Assembly (NCBI RefSeq): GCF_036588685.1
Contig: NC_086380.1
Coordinates: 15,562,001-15,626,000 of the forward strand
Length of the DNA stretch: 64,000 nt
Origin: Mytilus trossulus
Taxonomy: Eukaryota
Reading direction: 5' to 3'
Within the stretch, counting starts at the first letter, position 1. Each line of letters starts with the position of its first letter. Made by a program: the position numbers and the translations under genes. Under the pieces are notes generated by a model, which searched no databases, had not been told where the DNA came from, and saw only the letters and a list, made by a program, of their open reading frames with translations. Positions 1 to 11,995 of the stretch are shown piece by piece.

Positions 1-26
1 ATTGTTATTCGTAACAATAGATCTAT

Positions 27-974
27 TCAATTTACTCGTGTTTCAAAAATAGAAACTTTGAAGTATAACAATAGAGCTGGGGTGTAATTCAAATGATAAG
101 ATGTCAACCCTTTTCTAATTCCTTCTGGACACCACGATTCTTTTAGTTTTTTCATTATTTTTTGCGATTTTTTCCGGCAAGTTTCTTTGGTATCAATTCC
201 TTCCAACAATTCCTTTTCACAACTTGCAAACGAATATGTCCAATAAAATGCATCTTTTGCAATATCATTCACTCCAATGGATCTTAATTTTTCAACTTTT
301 TTCTCTGAAGGCCACTGCGATGTAGGTCTTGGCCATCCAAATGTTTTTCTAAAACGTGAGGAGGATTCTATCATAGGCGTTAGATCTACGCTAACGGAAT
401 CGCCTGCAATTTGCGGATGAGTTATTGTGAGCGTTGTCGCTGGTGATTCCGACAACCGTTTGGCATTAACATATTTGCGAATATTTGGTTGATCTTCGAC
501 GGCTCTGCCAACAAGCGATTTAAATCTGCTTTTTACAAAAATTGGTATGATGTCGTCATCAATAGTTAGACAAGCTGGGCCACCATTTATACCCTCTCTG
601 TTCCACTTACGAATAGTACCTGTTGGTGATATAAAACCTTTTCCGATTGGTGGGTCTGGTAATGTCAACTGTTTTCTGACTATTTCATTTTTCTTATCAA
701 ATCCATATTTATGATCCGAATCATCTCTGCACCAATCTAATTGCGGGGTATCTAAAACAACGCTGAAGTCGAATTCATCCGCTCTCGACACTTTTAAATG
801 TGTGTAATAACTTCCGACATTGATTGGCTGACTTTTAAAACGTCTGTCCTTGGTGTGAACATACTGAAGAATATCCTTGACAATAGGTATAACTATCTCT
901 ATGTTTTGACTTGTCTCGTTTTTAATCATTTTCACATGATCATCATAAAACTTATTCAGAAGTGTGTTATCCAT
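27..974 (-). pseudogene. cGAS-like receptor (cGLR/Mab-21 nucleotidyltransferase) copy 1, C-terminally truncated or interrupted
   Basis: ATG of MDNTLL at 974. Intact GSYY, DEFD and SVDL motifs; very similar to the 19912-21078 gene. Homology stops abruptly after LTSYHL (~nt 90) and the frame runs into unrelated sequence, losing the ~80-aa KNILFWECE... helical C-terminus. No GT donor at the junction. Confidence 0.8.
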
Positions 975-1664
975 CTTTACTACCAAGTTTCGGCCAATTT
1001 CTACAGCTAGTTATGACAGGAAGTTAAATTTGGCCTAGATTAGATAGAAATATCAGGACGTTTTCAGTCTATATTTAGGTATCATATAACAAAAGTTATC
1101 AAATAAATCTATTGTTATCTTTTTATCTACTGCATATTTTCGGAAAATCAAATACTTGTATATGCGTTTATATTATATGACTTTGTATTTTCATATTTAG
1201 ATGGTAATAGAAAACTAAACATAACACGCCTAAGCGACTGATCGAATTAATAAATGAATGGGTTGGGTTTTTTTTGAAAATTAAGACTGGATCTTTATAG
1301 TACAGTGATATAGCTTATCATTGAAATAGAGATCTTTACAAATCGGGATAATGTTAGAGATAAGGTGAGAATTATGATTTAAGTTCGAATTCGGGTTAGC
1401 GTAACGGCTAGAATTAATTTTCAACTTAAACATCATTTCGAATAATAGTTAGATATAAACATGAATTAAAACGCAGGTTTTACCAAAAGTTGAGTTAATA
1501 TGCTTCTAGAGTCAAAGCTTTCGTCCAAATTATGTATGAATGAAGAGCTTGATTGCCAGTTTGAGTTACGTGGCGAGTAGCATATCTAATACGAGTTATT
1601 ATACCTATTCCAGTTTAAAATACAGAACTTTAAAAGCAACAGATAATATGATTTTCAAACTTCT

Positions 1665-3660
1665 ATTAAAATTGACAGAATATAGATATCAATAAAGGTT
1701 GACAGAATACAGATTTTCAATTAAAGTTGACAGAATTCATCTGTTCAATTAAAAAGAACAGGTTTAGGATGTTCATTTGAAATTGACAGAATACAGATGT
1801 TAAATTGAAGTTGACAGATTATAGATGTTCAAGATCAAATTATAAGCCTGATACCTTTGATAATCATTTAAGTTGACAGAATATAGATGTCCAATTTAAG
1901 TTGACAGAATAAAGATGTCTAATTAAAGCTGACAGAATATAGATGTCCAATTAAAGTTGACAGAATACAAATGTCCAATCAAAGTTGACAGAATATAGAT
2001 GTCTAATTTAAAAAGTTTATTCACTTCTCTATCTACTGGTTTACTTTCATAAGACAGATTAAGTAGTTACTCTTCAAAGGCGATTGGTCGATAACTATAG
2101 ATGTCCAATTAAAGTTGACAGAATATAAATGTCTAATTAAAGTTGACAGAATAAAGATGTCTAATTTAAAAAGTTTATTCACTTCTCTATCTACTGGTTT
2201 ACTTTCATAAGACAGATTAAGTAGTTACTCTTCAAAGGCGATTGGTCGATAACTATAGATGTCCAATTAAAGTTGACAGAATATAAATGTCTAATTAAAG
2301 TTGACAGAATATAGATGTCTAATTTAATTTGACAGAATATAGATGTCTAATTTTAGTTGACAGAATATAAATGTCTAATCTAAGTTGACAGAATATAGAT
2401 GTCCAATTAAAGTTGACATAATATAGATGTCCAATTAAAGGTGACAGAATATAGATGTCAAATTAAAGTTGACAGAATATATATGTCTAATTTAAGTTGA
2501 CATAATATAGATGTCCAATTAAAGTTGACAGAATATAGATGTCCAATCAAAGTTGACAGAATATAGATGTTCAATTAAAGTTGATTGAATATAGATGTTT
2601 ATTTAGAGTTGACAGAATAAAGATGTCCAATTAGAGTTGACAGAATAAAGATGTCTTATTAAAGTTGACAGAATATAAATGTCTAATTAAAGTTGACAGA
2701 ATAAAGATGTCCAATTAAAGTTGACAGAATACAGATGTCCAATTAAAGTTGACAGAATATAGATGTCTAATTTAAGTTGACAGAATATAGATGTCCAATT
2801 AAAGTTGACATAATATAGATGTACAATTAAATTTGACAGAATATAGATGTCAAATTTAAGTTGACAGAATATAGATTGTTAATTTAAGTTGACAGAATAT
2901 AGATGTTCAATTAAAGTTGACAGAATATAGATGTCCAATCAAAGTTGACAGAATATAGATATCCAATTAAATTTGACATAATATAGATGTCTAATTAAAG
3001 GTGACAGAATATAGATGTCCAATTTAAGTTGACAGAATATAGATGTTCAATTACAGTTGACAGAATATAGATGTCCAATTAGAGTTGACAGAATAAAGAT
3101 GTCTAATTGAAGTTGACAGAATATAAATGTCTAATTTAAGTTGACAGAATATAGATGTCTAATTTAAGTTGACAGAATATAGATGTCTAATTTAAGTTGA
3201 CAGAATATAAATTCAAATTCAAGTTGACAGAATAAAGATGTAAAATAAGAGTTGACAGAATACAGATGTCCAATTAAAGTTGACAGAATATAGATGTCCA
3301 ATTAAAGTTTACAGAATAAAGATGTCCAATTAAAGTTTACAGAATTTAGATTTCCAATTAAAGTTGACAGAATATAGATATCCAATTAAAGTTGACAGAA
3401 TATAGATCTCCAATTAAAGTTGACAGAATATCGATGTTTAGTTAAAGTTGACAGAATAAAGATATCTAATTAATGTTTACAGAATAAAATCCAATTAAAG
3501 TTGACAGAATATAGATGTCTAATTTAAGTTGACAGAATATAGATGTTCAATTAAAGTTGACAAAATATAGATGTTCAATTAAAGTTGACAGAATAAAGAT
3601 GTCTTATTAAAGTTGACAGAATATAAATGTCCAAATAAAATAAAATTCACAGAATAGAGA
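1665..3660. repeat. 28-bp minisatellite array (AGTTGACAGAATATAGATGTCCAATTAA)n, about 60-65 units
   Basis: Direct 28-bp periodicity with no spacers. Interrupted at ~2008-2096 and ~2166-2254 by copies of the sequence found at ~3770-3857. Confidence 0.95.
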
Positions 3661-4219
3661 TGGTTAATTGAATTTCAATAGCTCCGATCTATGTGGTTCT
3701 TCAATGTAAATGATATCACGTAGCAATAATGTAAAAACATATACGATATAGTTCTATGTTCAATTGAATTTAAAAAGTTAATTCACTCTCTATCTACTGG
3801 TGTACTTTAATAAAACATATTAAGTAGTTACTCTTCAAAGGCGATAGGTCGATAACTTATATTTATATATATATATATATATATATATACATTTTGTTTC
3901 CACTCCTTTTGGTTTTTTTTATTTTTAAAGCTTAACAACTTTGTGATTAACTCCGCCCACAGTTCGAGCGCCACTGATGAGATCTATTTCGACGTCACAC
4001 GCGTATTTACCATACACAATTATAAGCCATGTATCTTTGGTATGTATTTGCTCAGTTTTTAGTTACTCTGTGAGTGCTTATTTTTACTGCTGATAAGCCT
4101 CTTGTCGTTTTCCATTGTATTTTCTGCCTTTCATTAATAGACATATGATTTGTGATTGCTTTAGAATATCTCACGTCACTGCAAGTTAATGGCGGTTCCT
4201 TGGACCGATTGGAGCTGAA

Positions 4220-4723
4220 TTCCATAAGTTGATTTACGGCTTCACAAATAAGCTTATTGAATTTCTTTTTAACCATTTTTGGTATAATGTCGTTATCAAA
4301 AGAAAGACAAGACATTAGTGTGGCCTTCATTTATGCCATCTCCGTTCCATTGTTGTATAATATCCGGAAGAGATATCAATCCTTTCCCAATCGGTGGATT
4401 TGCTACTGTTCACACTTTCCTCACTAGCTGATCTTTTGTTTTTATTGAATTCATAGATATAGCTGGAATTATCGTTGTAGCAGTCAAGAGGTGGTACATC
4501 TAATACTACGCTTAATTCAAATTCATCTGCTTTCGATACTTTAAGATGCTTGTTATAAGAACCTACACATAATGGTTTTCTTTTGAATCGTCTGTCCTTG
4601 TTATGTTTATGATCTAGAATTTTTCTTATAATACGTATCACCTCCTTTATGTTTCGTGCAGTCTCGACTTCATTTATTTGGACATGCTCACAATTTAAAC
4701 CTATTCAGAAATGCGTAATCCAT
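4220..4723 (-). pseudogene. cGLR pseudogene (N-terminal half only, frameshifted)
   Basis: ATG at 4723 (MDYAFLNRF), then a frameshift, then EHVQINEVETARNIKEVIRIIRKILD..DRRFKRKPLCVGSYNKHLKVSKADEFELSVVLD. Further frameshifts follow, and CLSFDNDIIPKMVKKKFNKLICEAVNQ matches the paralogues. Homology ends at ~4220. Confidence 0.9.
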
Positions 4724-5470
4724 TTTTCGGTCTATAATTAGAATTGGAAATACAGGTATTTATTTACCTAAATCAACTAAATTTGTTTTTCAATAAGGAT
4801 TAGAGAAGTACATTTATGTAGTATTTCTTTTAAGTTTGTGGCTCCTTTTTTCAAAGGGTGAAGTGACTGTATTCATTTGTTTTTATTATCATATTACAAA
4901 TGATCGGTCTCATTTATTGAATTGCAGATTTCTCTTTTCAAGTTGAAGAAAAAACACGTAAAAATAAAAAAAATCAATCAAAGATACCAGGCATATTATT
5001 TGATTATCCAGATGCTAATTTCGTATACAAAAGACTGATCAGTGGCGCTCAAATCATACACTTAGAAAACCGAATCATAATGAACCTGAAGAACTTAAAA
5101 GATCGTCAGGTCCAAAAACGTAGCACCAAAAAACGATTAAGCTCTGGAGCGAGCTTAACAACACCTTAGCATATCGAATAATTAATCATTTTATAAACTT
5201 TAAAAACACATTCAAATGACATTTCAAAACCACATAAAATTGTTGAATATGGAGCTGGTGATACAATACAGGAAAAAATTCGAACTTGTAAAAACAGCAA
5301 TCTGACTGAAAAAGATATCTGAATTTGTTATGATTATGAGAGTAGGCGAGTTATACCTGTCTGAATCAGCAGTTGCATCAAATCAAAGGGTGTATTTAAC
5401 ATATTAAACATATTTTCATTTTTATTTTTTATTTTATATGAGTAATACAATTAACGGTACCAATTTTCTT

Positions 5471-5514
5471 GCACCAGATGCGCATTTCGACAATACATGT
5501 CTCTCCAGTGATGC
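5471..5514 (-). ncRNA. Hammerhead ribozyme motif, family B, core-mutated (CUGGAGA)
   Basis: Minus strand GCATCA-CTGGAGA-GACA tgtat TGTC-GAAA-T GCGC A-TC-TGGTGC. All helices are intact, but there is an A6G change in the core. Confidence 0.75.
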
Positions 5515-5977
5515 TCGTGGCCAAAACTGGATAATTTGTTTTTAGAGTTGTGCATATCATTTTCCGAGTGGTAGTTAAAATTAGATTTCTAATTGGAGTT
5601 CAATAGTAAGTTAAAGTATAGATTTATATCCATAAGACCATAAGTGAAACTTTGGGTTATAGTTCGAGTTCGTGAAAGAGATTTTCAAGAAGAAAAAGCA
5701 AGATAACAAAAAAAAAGAAATCCGAGGAAAATTATAAACGGAAAGTCCCTTACCAATTTCAAATCGAAAACTCCTACACATCAAACAAATAGATAACAAC
5801 TCTTATATTCCGGACTTTTATAGCTAGCCAAACATCTGACTTGTATAACTGTCGCATAAAATTCCATTATATTGACAACGATGTGAGAACAAAACAACAG
5901 TCATAATAGGAAACAATGTCAAAAATAGAGTACAGCTGTCAACATTGTGCTATAATCTAAATTACTATTGAATTCTT

Positions 5978-6780
5978 TGATATCCTTTAATGCTACATTC
6001 CGCCATAAAGATGATGTTCTCTCACTAAATAAACAAAATTTGGTGACTATGTTAAACGAATCTATTCCATCGAACTAGAAATAAAGGATACAACAGATCC
6101 ATTTAGGTCTGCCTGATATTTTGACTTACATCTAAAAATTGACAATGAGGGTCGGTTGAAAACAAAACTTTACGGCAATGAGATGATTTCAGCTTCCCAA
6201 TTGTAAACTTCCATTTATATGAGGCAACATTCCAGCAGCGCCTACATAAGGAGTATATATCTCCCAATTGATACGATATTCCTGGGCTTGTATTTTCTAT
6301 CATGATTGCCTTGGTATAGGATTACTTCTCACAAGGAAGCTATTACACCAAGAGTTCAAAATGGTAAAATTGAAATCATCCCTTCTTTAAATTTTACGGA
6401 CGCCATCACGAGTTGGTTGACCATTATGGAATAACTGTTTCACTGATGATATCGGATATGTTCCTTATGTCGTAAGTACAATACCCTTCCCTTTTCACGA
6501 ATGTGACAAACCGAATTAGACTTTTTACCGGATTTGAAATAACATAGGCAATACGACGAATGCCACATGTGGAGCAGGAACTATTTGCCCTTCAAGAGCA
6601 CCTGCGATCACCCCCAGTTTTTGTGGGGTTCGTGTTGCTTAGTCTTGAATTTTCTATGTTTTGTCTTCTGTACTATTATTTGTCTGTTTGTTTTTTTATT
6701 TTTAGCAATGGCGTTATCAGTTTATTTTCAATCTATTAGTTTAACTCTCCCTCTTGTATCTTTCGTCAAACTTTTTTGAC
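5978..6780 (+). mobile_element. Degenerate Penelope-like retroelement RT C-terminal (palm/thumb) fragment plus 3' non-coding repeat
   Basis: Across frameshifts and stops it reads SFNATFRHKDDVLSLN..KFGDYVKRIYSIELEIKDTT..YFDLHLKIDNEGRLKTKLY..DDFSFPIVNF..NIPAAPT*GVYISQLIRYS..LLLTRKLLHQEF..KLKSSL..FYGRHHELVDHYGI (to ~6475). This is the YIDD/YDKRDDF/SNIP/YISQLIRY pattern of PLE-type RTs. Confidence 0.8.
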
Positions 6781-9700
6781 CCAATCCACTTCGTCCTATT
6801 GGCATATAGACAAAGCACATTAGCAATACGAAATACAACAATACAAAAGGTTACCGTAGTATGATCACACAATGATGGGATGTATAAGAACCGTGCGAGT
6901 CACGTCAAATAGATAATTCGACAGATACTAGTAGACTAAACGGTAAAAGAAACAATCTACAAGGGAAAAAAAAGAATACAACAACACGTTATTAAGATGA
7001 TAAATAAAGTAAGTATCTAGAATCTATACCCCAAGACCATCGTGTATTTTTTTTTAAATATTGATACGGAATATTTATCAACAAGGTATTTGTGTCTTCC
7101 ACTGAACTGTTTTAGAAAAAGGACGAGACATTATTTGACATACACCTGGTTCATTAACTTTCTGCTCAGAAACTAGTGACAAATGACAAAGTCTGAGTAG
7201 CAGCTGCATGCTCCTGAATACTGAATGTATATCACATACACAGATAAAGTTGTTATATTCCTACTAAGGTGGGGGATTATAATTTAGAAATCGTTATAAA
7301 CTATGCTTTCATTTTTTTAGTCTAATCAAATATTGTTCTAAATGTTTAACCTTAAATATTTATATAAATCTAAACTTGTGGGTAAAATTGTCACTACTAT
7401 ATTGTAATCAATCATGAGAGGCGGAATATACCAAACGAATAGGAAAACAGTCATCCCATCAAAATCCGGGGATGGTCACATGTGTACCAGGAAGGGTGGA
7501 CAGATCTTGATTTAAATGTGGCAGCCGCTGTGTTGCTCATGTCAGTACAAACCTGGTTATGAATCTAATTTGGTAGGTCATATTCTAGGAAAACAGGACG
7601 GGATTGCGATATTCCAAAGAAAGCTAACTATTTATGACTTTATAATGGAAGCTACTTTTATGCGAGAAACGATAATTTTCCAGTTACCCAATTTGGTTTA
7701 TCACCAAAATGCGACATATTACCGAATGTATACTTGTTATGTACAACAGAACTGTTTCCACACATGGTACACTCCCGTGATATCGATAACTATGTCCCAA
7801 TAAGTTCGTTCCAATTATTGCAAAAAAAAACATTGGATTCTATTTATTATCGGCAGATCCATTTATTTGATATGGGGAATGTGTCAAAGAGACAACAACC
7901 CGACCATATAACAGAAAACAGCAAATCCATTACGAGTTTTACAACTCGAATATTTTTAACCAAACACAATAACTCAAGTTCTGTAACTCCTCTTAATGTT
8001 AATATTGGCGTCTTTTAAAATATCAAACCTATGACGCAATGTAAGCTCAAGCCAATATTTGCCTTAAACTTTTGAAAGTGTGTTCAGTTTAACAAACTTG
8101 ATTTCTAAATCTCGTAGGAACACACGAGTTTGCAAAATACTCCTCGCATAACGCGATTGAAAACGAGAAGTTCGATTTTTTTAATCGCAGTCTTATTTCG
8201 TGCTTGAGTTAGCTAAATGATAAACACCACAAATTCCATACGAGCCGTAATACTAGTAATAGAACTATATCATGAAATTCATAATTTGTAAACGCAATTT
8301 AAATAGAATGATAAGAGGCATACAATTGATAGTAACAGCATAAACATTACATAATTTTACTAGATGAGCATTTCGGCAATAAATGTCTCTCCAGTGATGC
8401 ATGAGACCAAAACATTTGAATGTTGAAGGGCTGATCAAACCAAGAAGTGCCTAAAGTATCATCAGTAAAATTTATAAACCTGGGTATGGTACACAAGTTT
8501 ATCAATCATCCTGCAGTGTATATCATACTCTTACATTTGTAGTGATAACATTTATTGACGGTCATGGTTAAGTTTTGATGTATATTTCCGAGGCAATAAA
8601 TCTTCAACCTCTGATACATTGAGAGATAAATAAATGACCACATCTGTAGTTAGAGGGACACAGATAGTAGTTTTGAAGGACACAGTTACACAATTTAAAG
8701 CGTATTGTGATGTTTTCTTTTTTTCGATCCAAGGGTATACCAGCACAATATATATATTGTGAGCTATTGGAGTCTTATATGAAAAGAATAATGGGTGTAA
8801 TGGTGCAAAATATTTTACCCTGTAAGTCCTCAATCTATCTTAGCTGAGTTGATATACACATTGCTAACATGAGTATGGTTTATAAACATAACCATTTAAA
8901 ACGGAATACATATTTACGGAATAAACAAATTCATGAATACTATACTTCTTCTTGTATCAAGTAGGGATTATCGATTTCAAAGAGGCAAAGTTTCTAGAAG
9001 TGCATTTATAAACAGTTTTGTTTTTCTGGGTTTACAAACACACGAAACATATGAAACTTAATTACAACTTTTCCTTGTGCATAAATATCATAGCTTCAAA
9101 GTCACCGTGAAACAACTTATTCTTAAGATAAATCCAATACGATTTTTTTTTAAATAAACAAACTGCAAATTAACATATTTTATTTCTTTTCCATTTTAGT
9201 AGTATGTATGAGTTTACGAGACAGCAAGAGATGTGTAACAACAACATAACAAAACAGTATGTGTCAGGAGATCAGCAATCGTTTTTCTAAGAGAAATAAG
9301 AGTTGACGTAATTTTAAATTTAATACCGCCCGAGTGTGTTAAAGGTTTGAATAAATTTAACAGATTCTTTCCAAGATGTTACTGCAACACAAAATTACTC
9401 TAATAACATTAAGATATGAGTAAAGACAACCTTTGACAAGATTCATTACTTAGAGCAAGAGAATTAAAGGACTTGAACTTATTTTTAGCGTAAAAGCCTC
9501 ATTCTGTCAAAACGTGGAAACTTAAACATATATCAAGGAATTGCAATTAAAAATCGATTTTAACTTTACATCGCATTAAAGGCAAAACAGGGGACAATAA
9601 GTAAAACTGTTATAAATTATTTATGTATCGCAGAATGTTACCGGTTGATAACAGCAGAACATCAGAACCTTCTCTGAGCATAGCAATCATGTGTTCTACA

Positions 9701-11045
9701 CTCTAAAGCTAGTATCAGTGCCGAATGAACGTTGGAGTATATATATATTAACTACAGCATCAATAATGCTGTAAACACTTGCCCGTTCAATGCCTTCAAA
9801 ATACACAAATTTAAGTTTTATATGCAAAACTATTAAAAGATACATCTTATTGTTGTTTCATGCCATAAATTAACTAATTGATACTACCCAAATAACCCCA
9901 TACCAGCCGTAATACTGGAACTACGCCAATAAAATCATAACTTGAAAACGCATTTTTAAAGAAATATATGAAGGTTACGGCCAAAGTACTAATTTCAGTG
10001 CAACTGATGTACTTTTCGACAATTAATGTCAATTCAAAAAACATTTGAAATTCCAAAACTTATACAAACGTTGGTGAGCTTATCAAAACCAACAAGTATC
10101 TAAAGTATGAACTTTACAATCATGTTTCTCACTTTTAAAGCTGGGTATGAAACACCCTTCTAATCAATCACCCTACAGTGTAAATCATACACTTAAGTTA
10201 TTACATTTATCAACAGTCTTGGTCAAGTTTTCTGAGGCAAAAAAAATCATCAACCTTTGATTCAGTGAGAGATATAAAATAAATGACCGTCTAGAAGGGC
10301 ATAGATGATATTATTGATATACACGGTTGTACTATATTTAACAAGCGTATTGATGTTTATGTTTCACAAACACCAATGACACATATAACCGTTCAATTGA
10401 ATAAGATTTTATATGTGGATTTCTTAAAATTACTTTTATTTGAATATATATTCAGAATTTTGATGAAGATGTGAAATGATTGCATGCAACTGATACAGAT
10501 ATTCACCGTAGATCAAATGGCGCAGATGTAAGCGGCTATTAGTATTCATATGGCATCCAAAATGAACATATCCCATACAGTAAGGTAAATACATCCTCGA
10601 TATGAAAAACTGTAAAACAAATTATATGAGAAAACCAAGGACTTGGTTCATGCACAAAGCACAAACGAATACGACAACTGAATTACTGGTTCTTGGACAA
10701 GTAAGGAAAGTGGAGCATTTAAACATTTTTTTGAGGAAACCAGCCGTTCCCTCACCTGGGACAGTGGTGCAAACAAGTCTCTACATATCCCAATACGTTG
10801 AAAAAAACAAAACGATCTATGTACGTAAGATCTGAGAGAAATCAGAGTTACTGACAGCTAGTTCAAGGCCAATATCAACTAATAAAAATCAAGTATTTAA
10901 AACTAAAATTCTTTTTGTTAGTTCTTTGCGTCGTTTAATTAGTCAAACATTTTCCAGATTACTTCTCACCAGAAGAATTTCAAAATTTGGTTAGAGGATT
11001 TAAAGAACGATGATGATGCATCGGATGCTTACAAACCTCGGACAA

Positions 11046-11453
11046 TAACATTAACGGTACCAATTTTACTGCACCAGATGCGCATTTGAAATACATGTCT
11101 CTTCAGTGATGCTCGTGGCCAAAATATTTGAAATCCAAAGCTTATATAAAAGATGAAGAGCTTTAATCCAAAATGTCCAAAAGTATAGCCAAATCCGTGA
11201 AAGGAATCAGAGCTTTGCATGAGGGAGATACATTCCTTAATTTATAATATTGCTACGTTTTGTAACAGCAAATTTTAACAACACAAAAAAAAATCCGTAT
11301 TTTTATGCTGGTGATACCCTCGGGGACTAATAGTCCACCAGCACGGGCATCGACCCAGTAGTAGTAATAACATTAACGGTACCAATGTTACTGCACCAGA
11401 TGCGTATTTCGACAGTACTTGTCTCTTCAGTGATGCTCGTCGCCAAAATATTT
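11046..11453 (-). mobile_element. Retrozyme/PLE-like non-autonomous element, ~1.3-mer with terminal hammerhead-containing direct repeats
   Basis: Two ~90-bp direct repeats 322 bp apart (hammerheads at 11071 and 11393), flanked by GGACAA at 11040-11045 and 11454-11459 (TSD). Inserted in a gag relic. Confidence 0.8.
11393..11436 (-). ncRNA. Minimal type I hammerhead ribozyme, family B, intact core
   Basis: Minus strand GCATCA-CTGAAGA-GACA agtac TGTC-GAAA-T acgc A-TC/TGGTGC: stem I 6 bp, CUGANGA, stem II 4 bp, GAAA, 2-bp stem III, AUC cleavage triplet. Confidence 0.85.
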
Positions 11454-11471
11454 GGACAACACTTACGTGAG

Positions 11472-11995
11472 TGATACTTACTCAGCCAAATACGATATAT
11501 GGAAATATGAAGTATTATGCTTAGTCAAAAACCGTTATACTCACGAAACTAACAAGATGGCAATAAGAAAGAAACTAAAGGGAAATGCTGAAGTAATATC
11601 AATGAAATAATGAGAAAATGCAACAATAGATTATACTATCGATAGGACGGTTAGTATCTTTGGTTCTGTTTTTCCAGTAGACGCGCTGCTTGGGCAATTT
11701 TATACTGCAAGACAACAAGAAGTGAAGACGAAGATGACGCATCATGGGGATGTCGCCTAGCAGATATTTTACGAAAAGCAACAGACTGAGGGAAAGTTAA
11801 ACAAGGGGATACACACAGTATGCTTATATCTACATTTGAAGGACTTAGACCTGACATCAAGAACATTGGAAGATACGAATTGGATTTCGTTAAAGAGTTT
11901 GACTAAATGTTGAAAACATTTCCAATTATAGAGAAGGAAAACAATCTTGGACAAAAGAAAGAAACCACAGCTGAAAACAAGTCCTTTACTACTAA
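11472..11995 (+). pseudogene. Ty3/Gypsy gag (PNMA-like capsid) relic, copy 1
   Basis: Reads YDIWKYEVLCL..MAIRKKLKGNAEVISM..SIFGSV..ALLGQFYTARQ..EDDASWGCRLADILRKA..MLISTFEGLRPDIK with stops and frameshifts. Confidence 0.75.

Noticed and set aside
1665-3660. CRISPR-like array (28-bp repeat)
   Set aside because: Units are head-to-tail with no unique spacers, there are no cas genes, and the context is eukaryotic.
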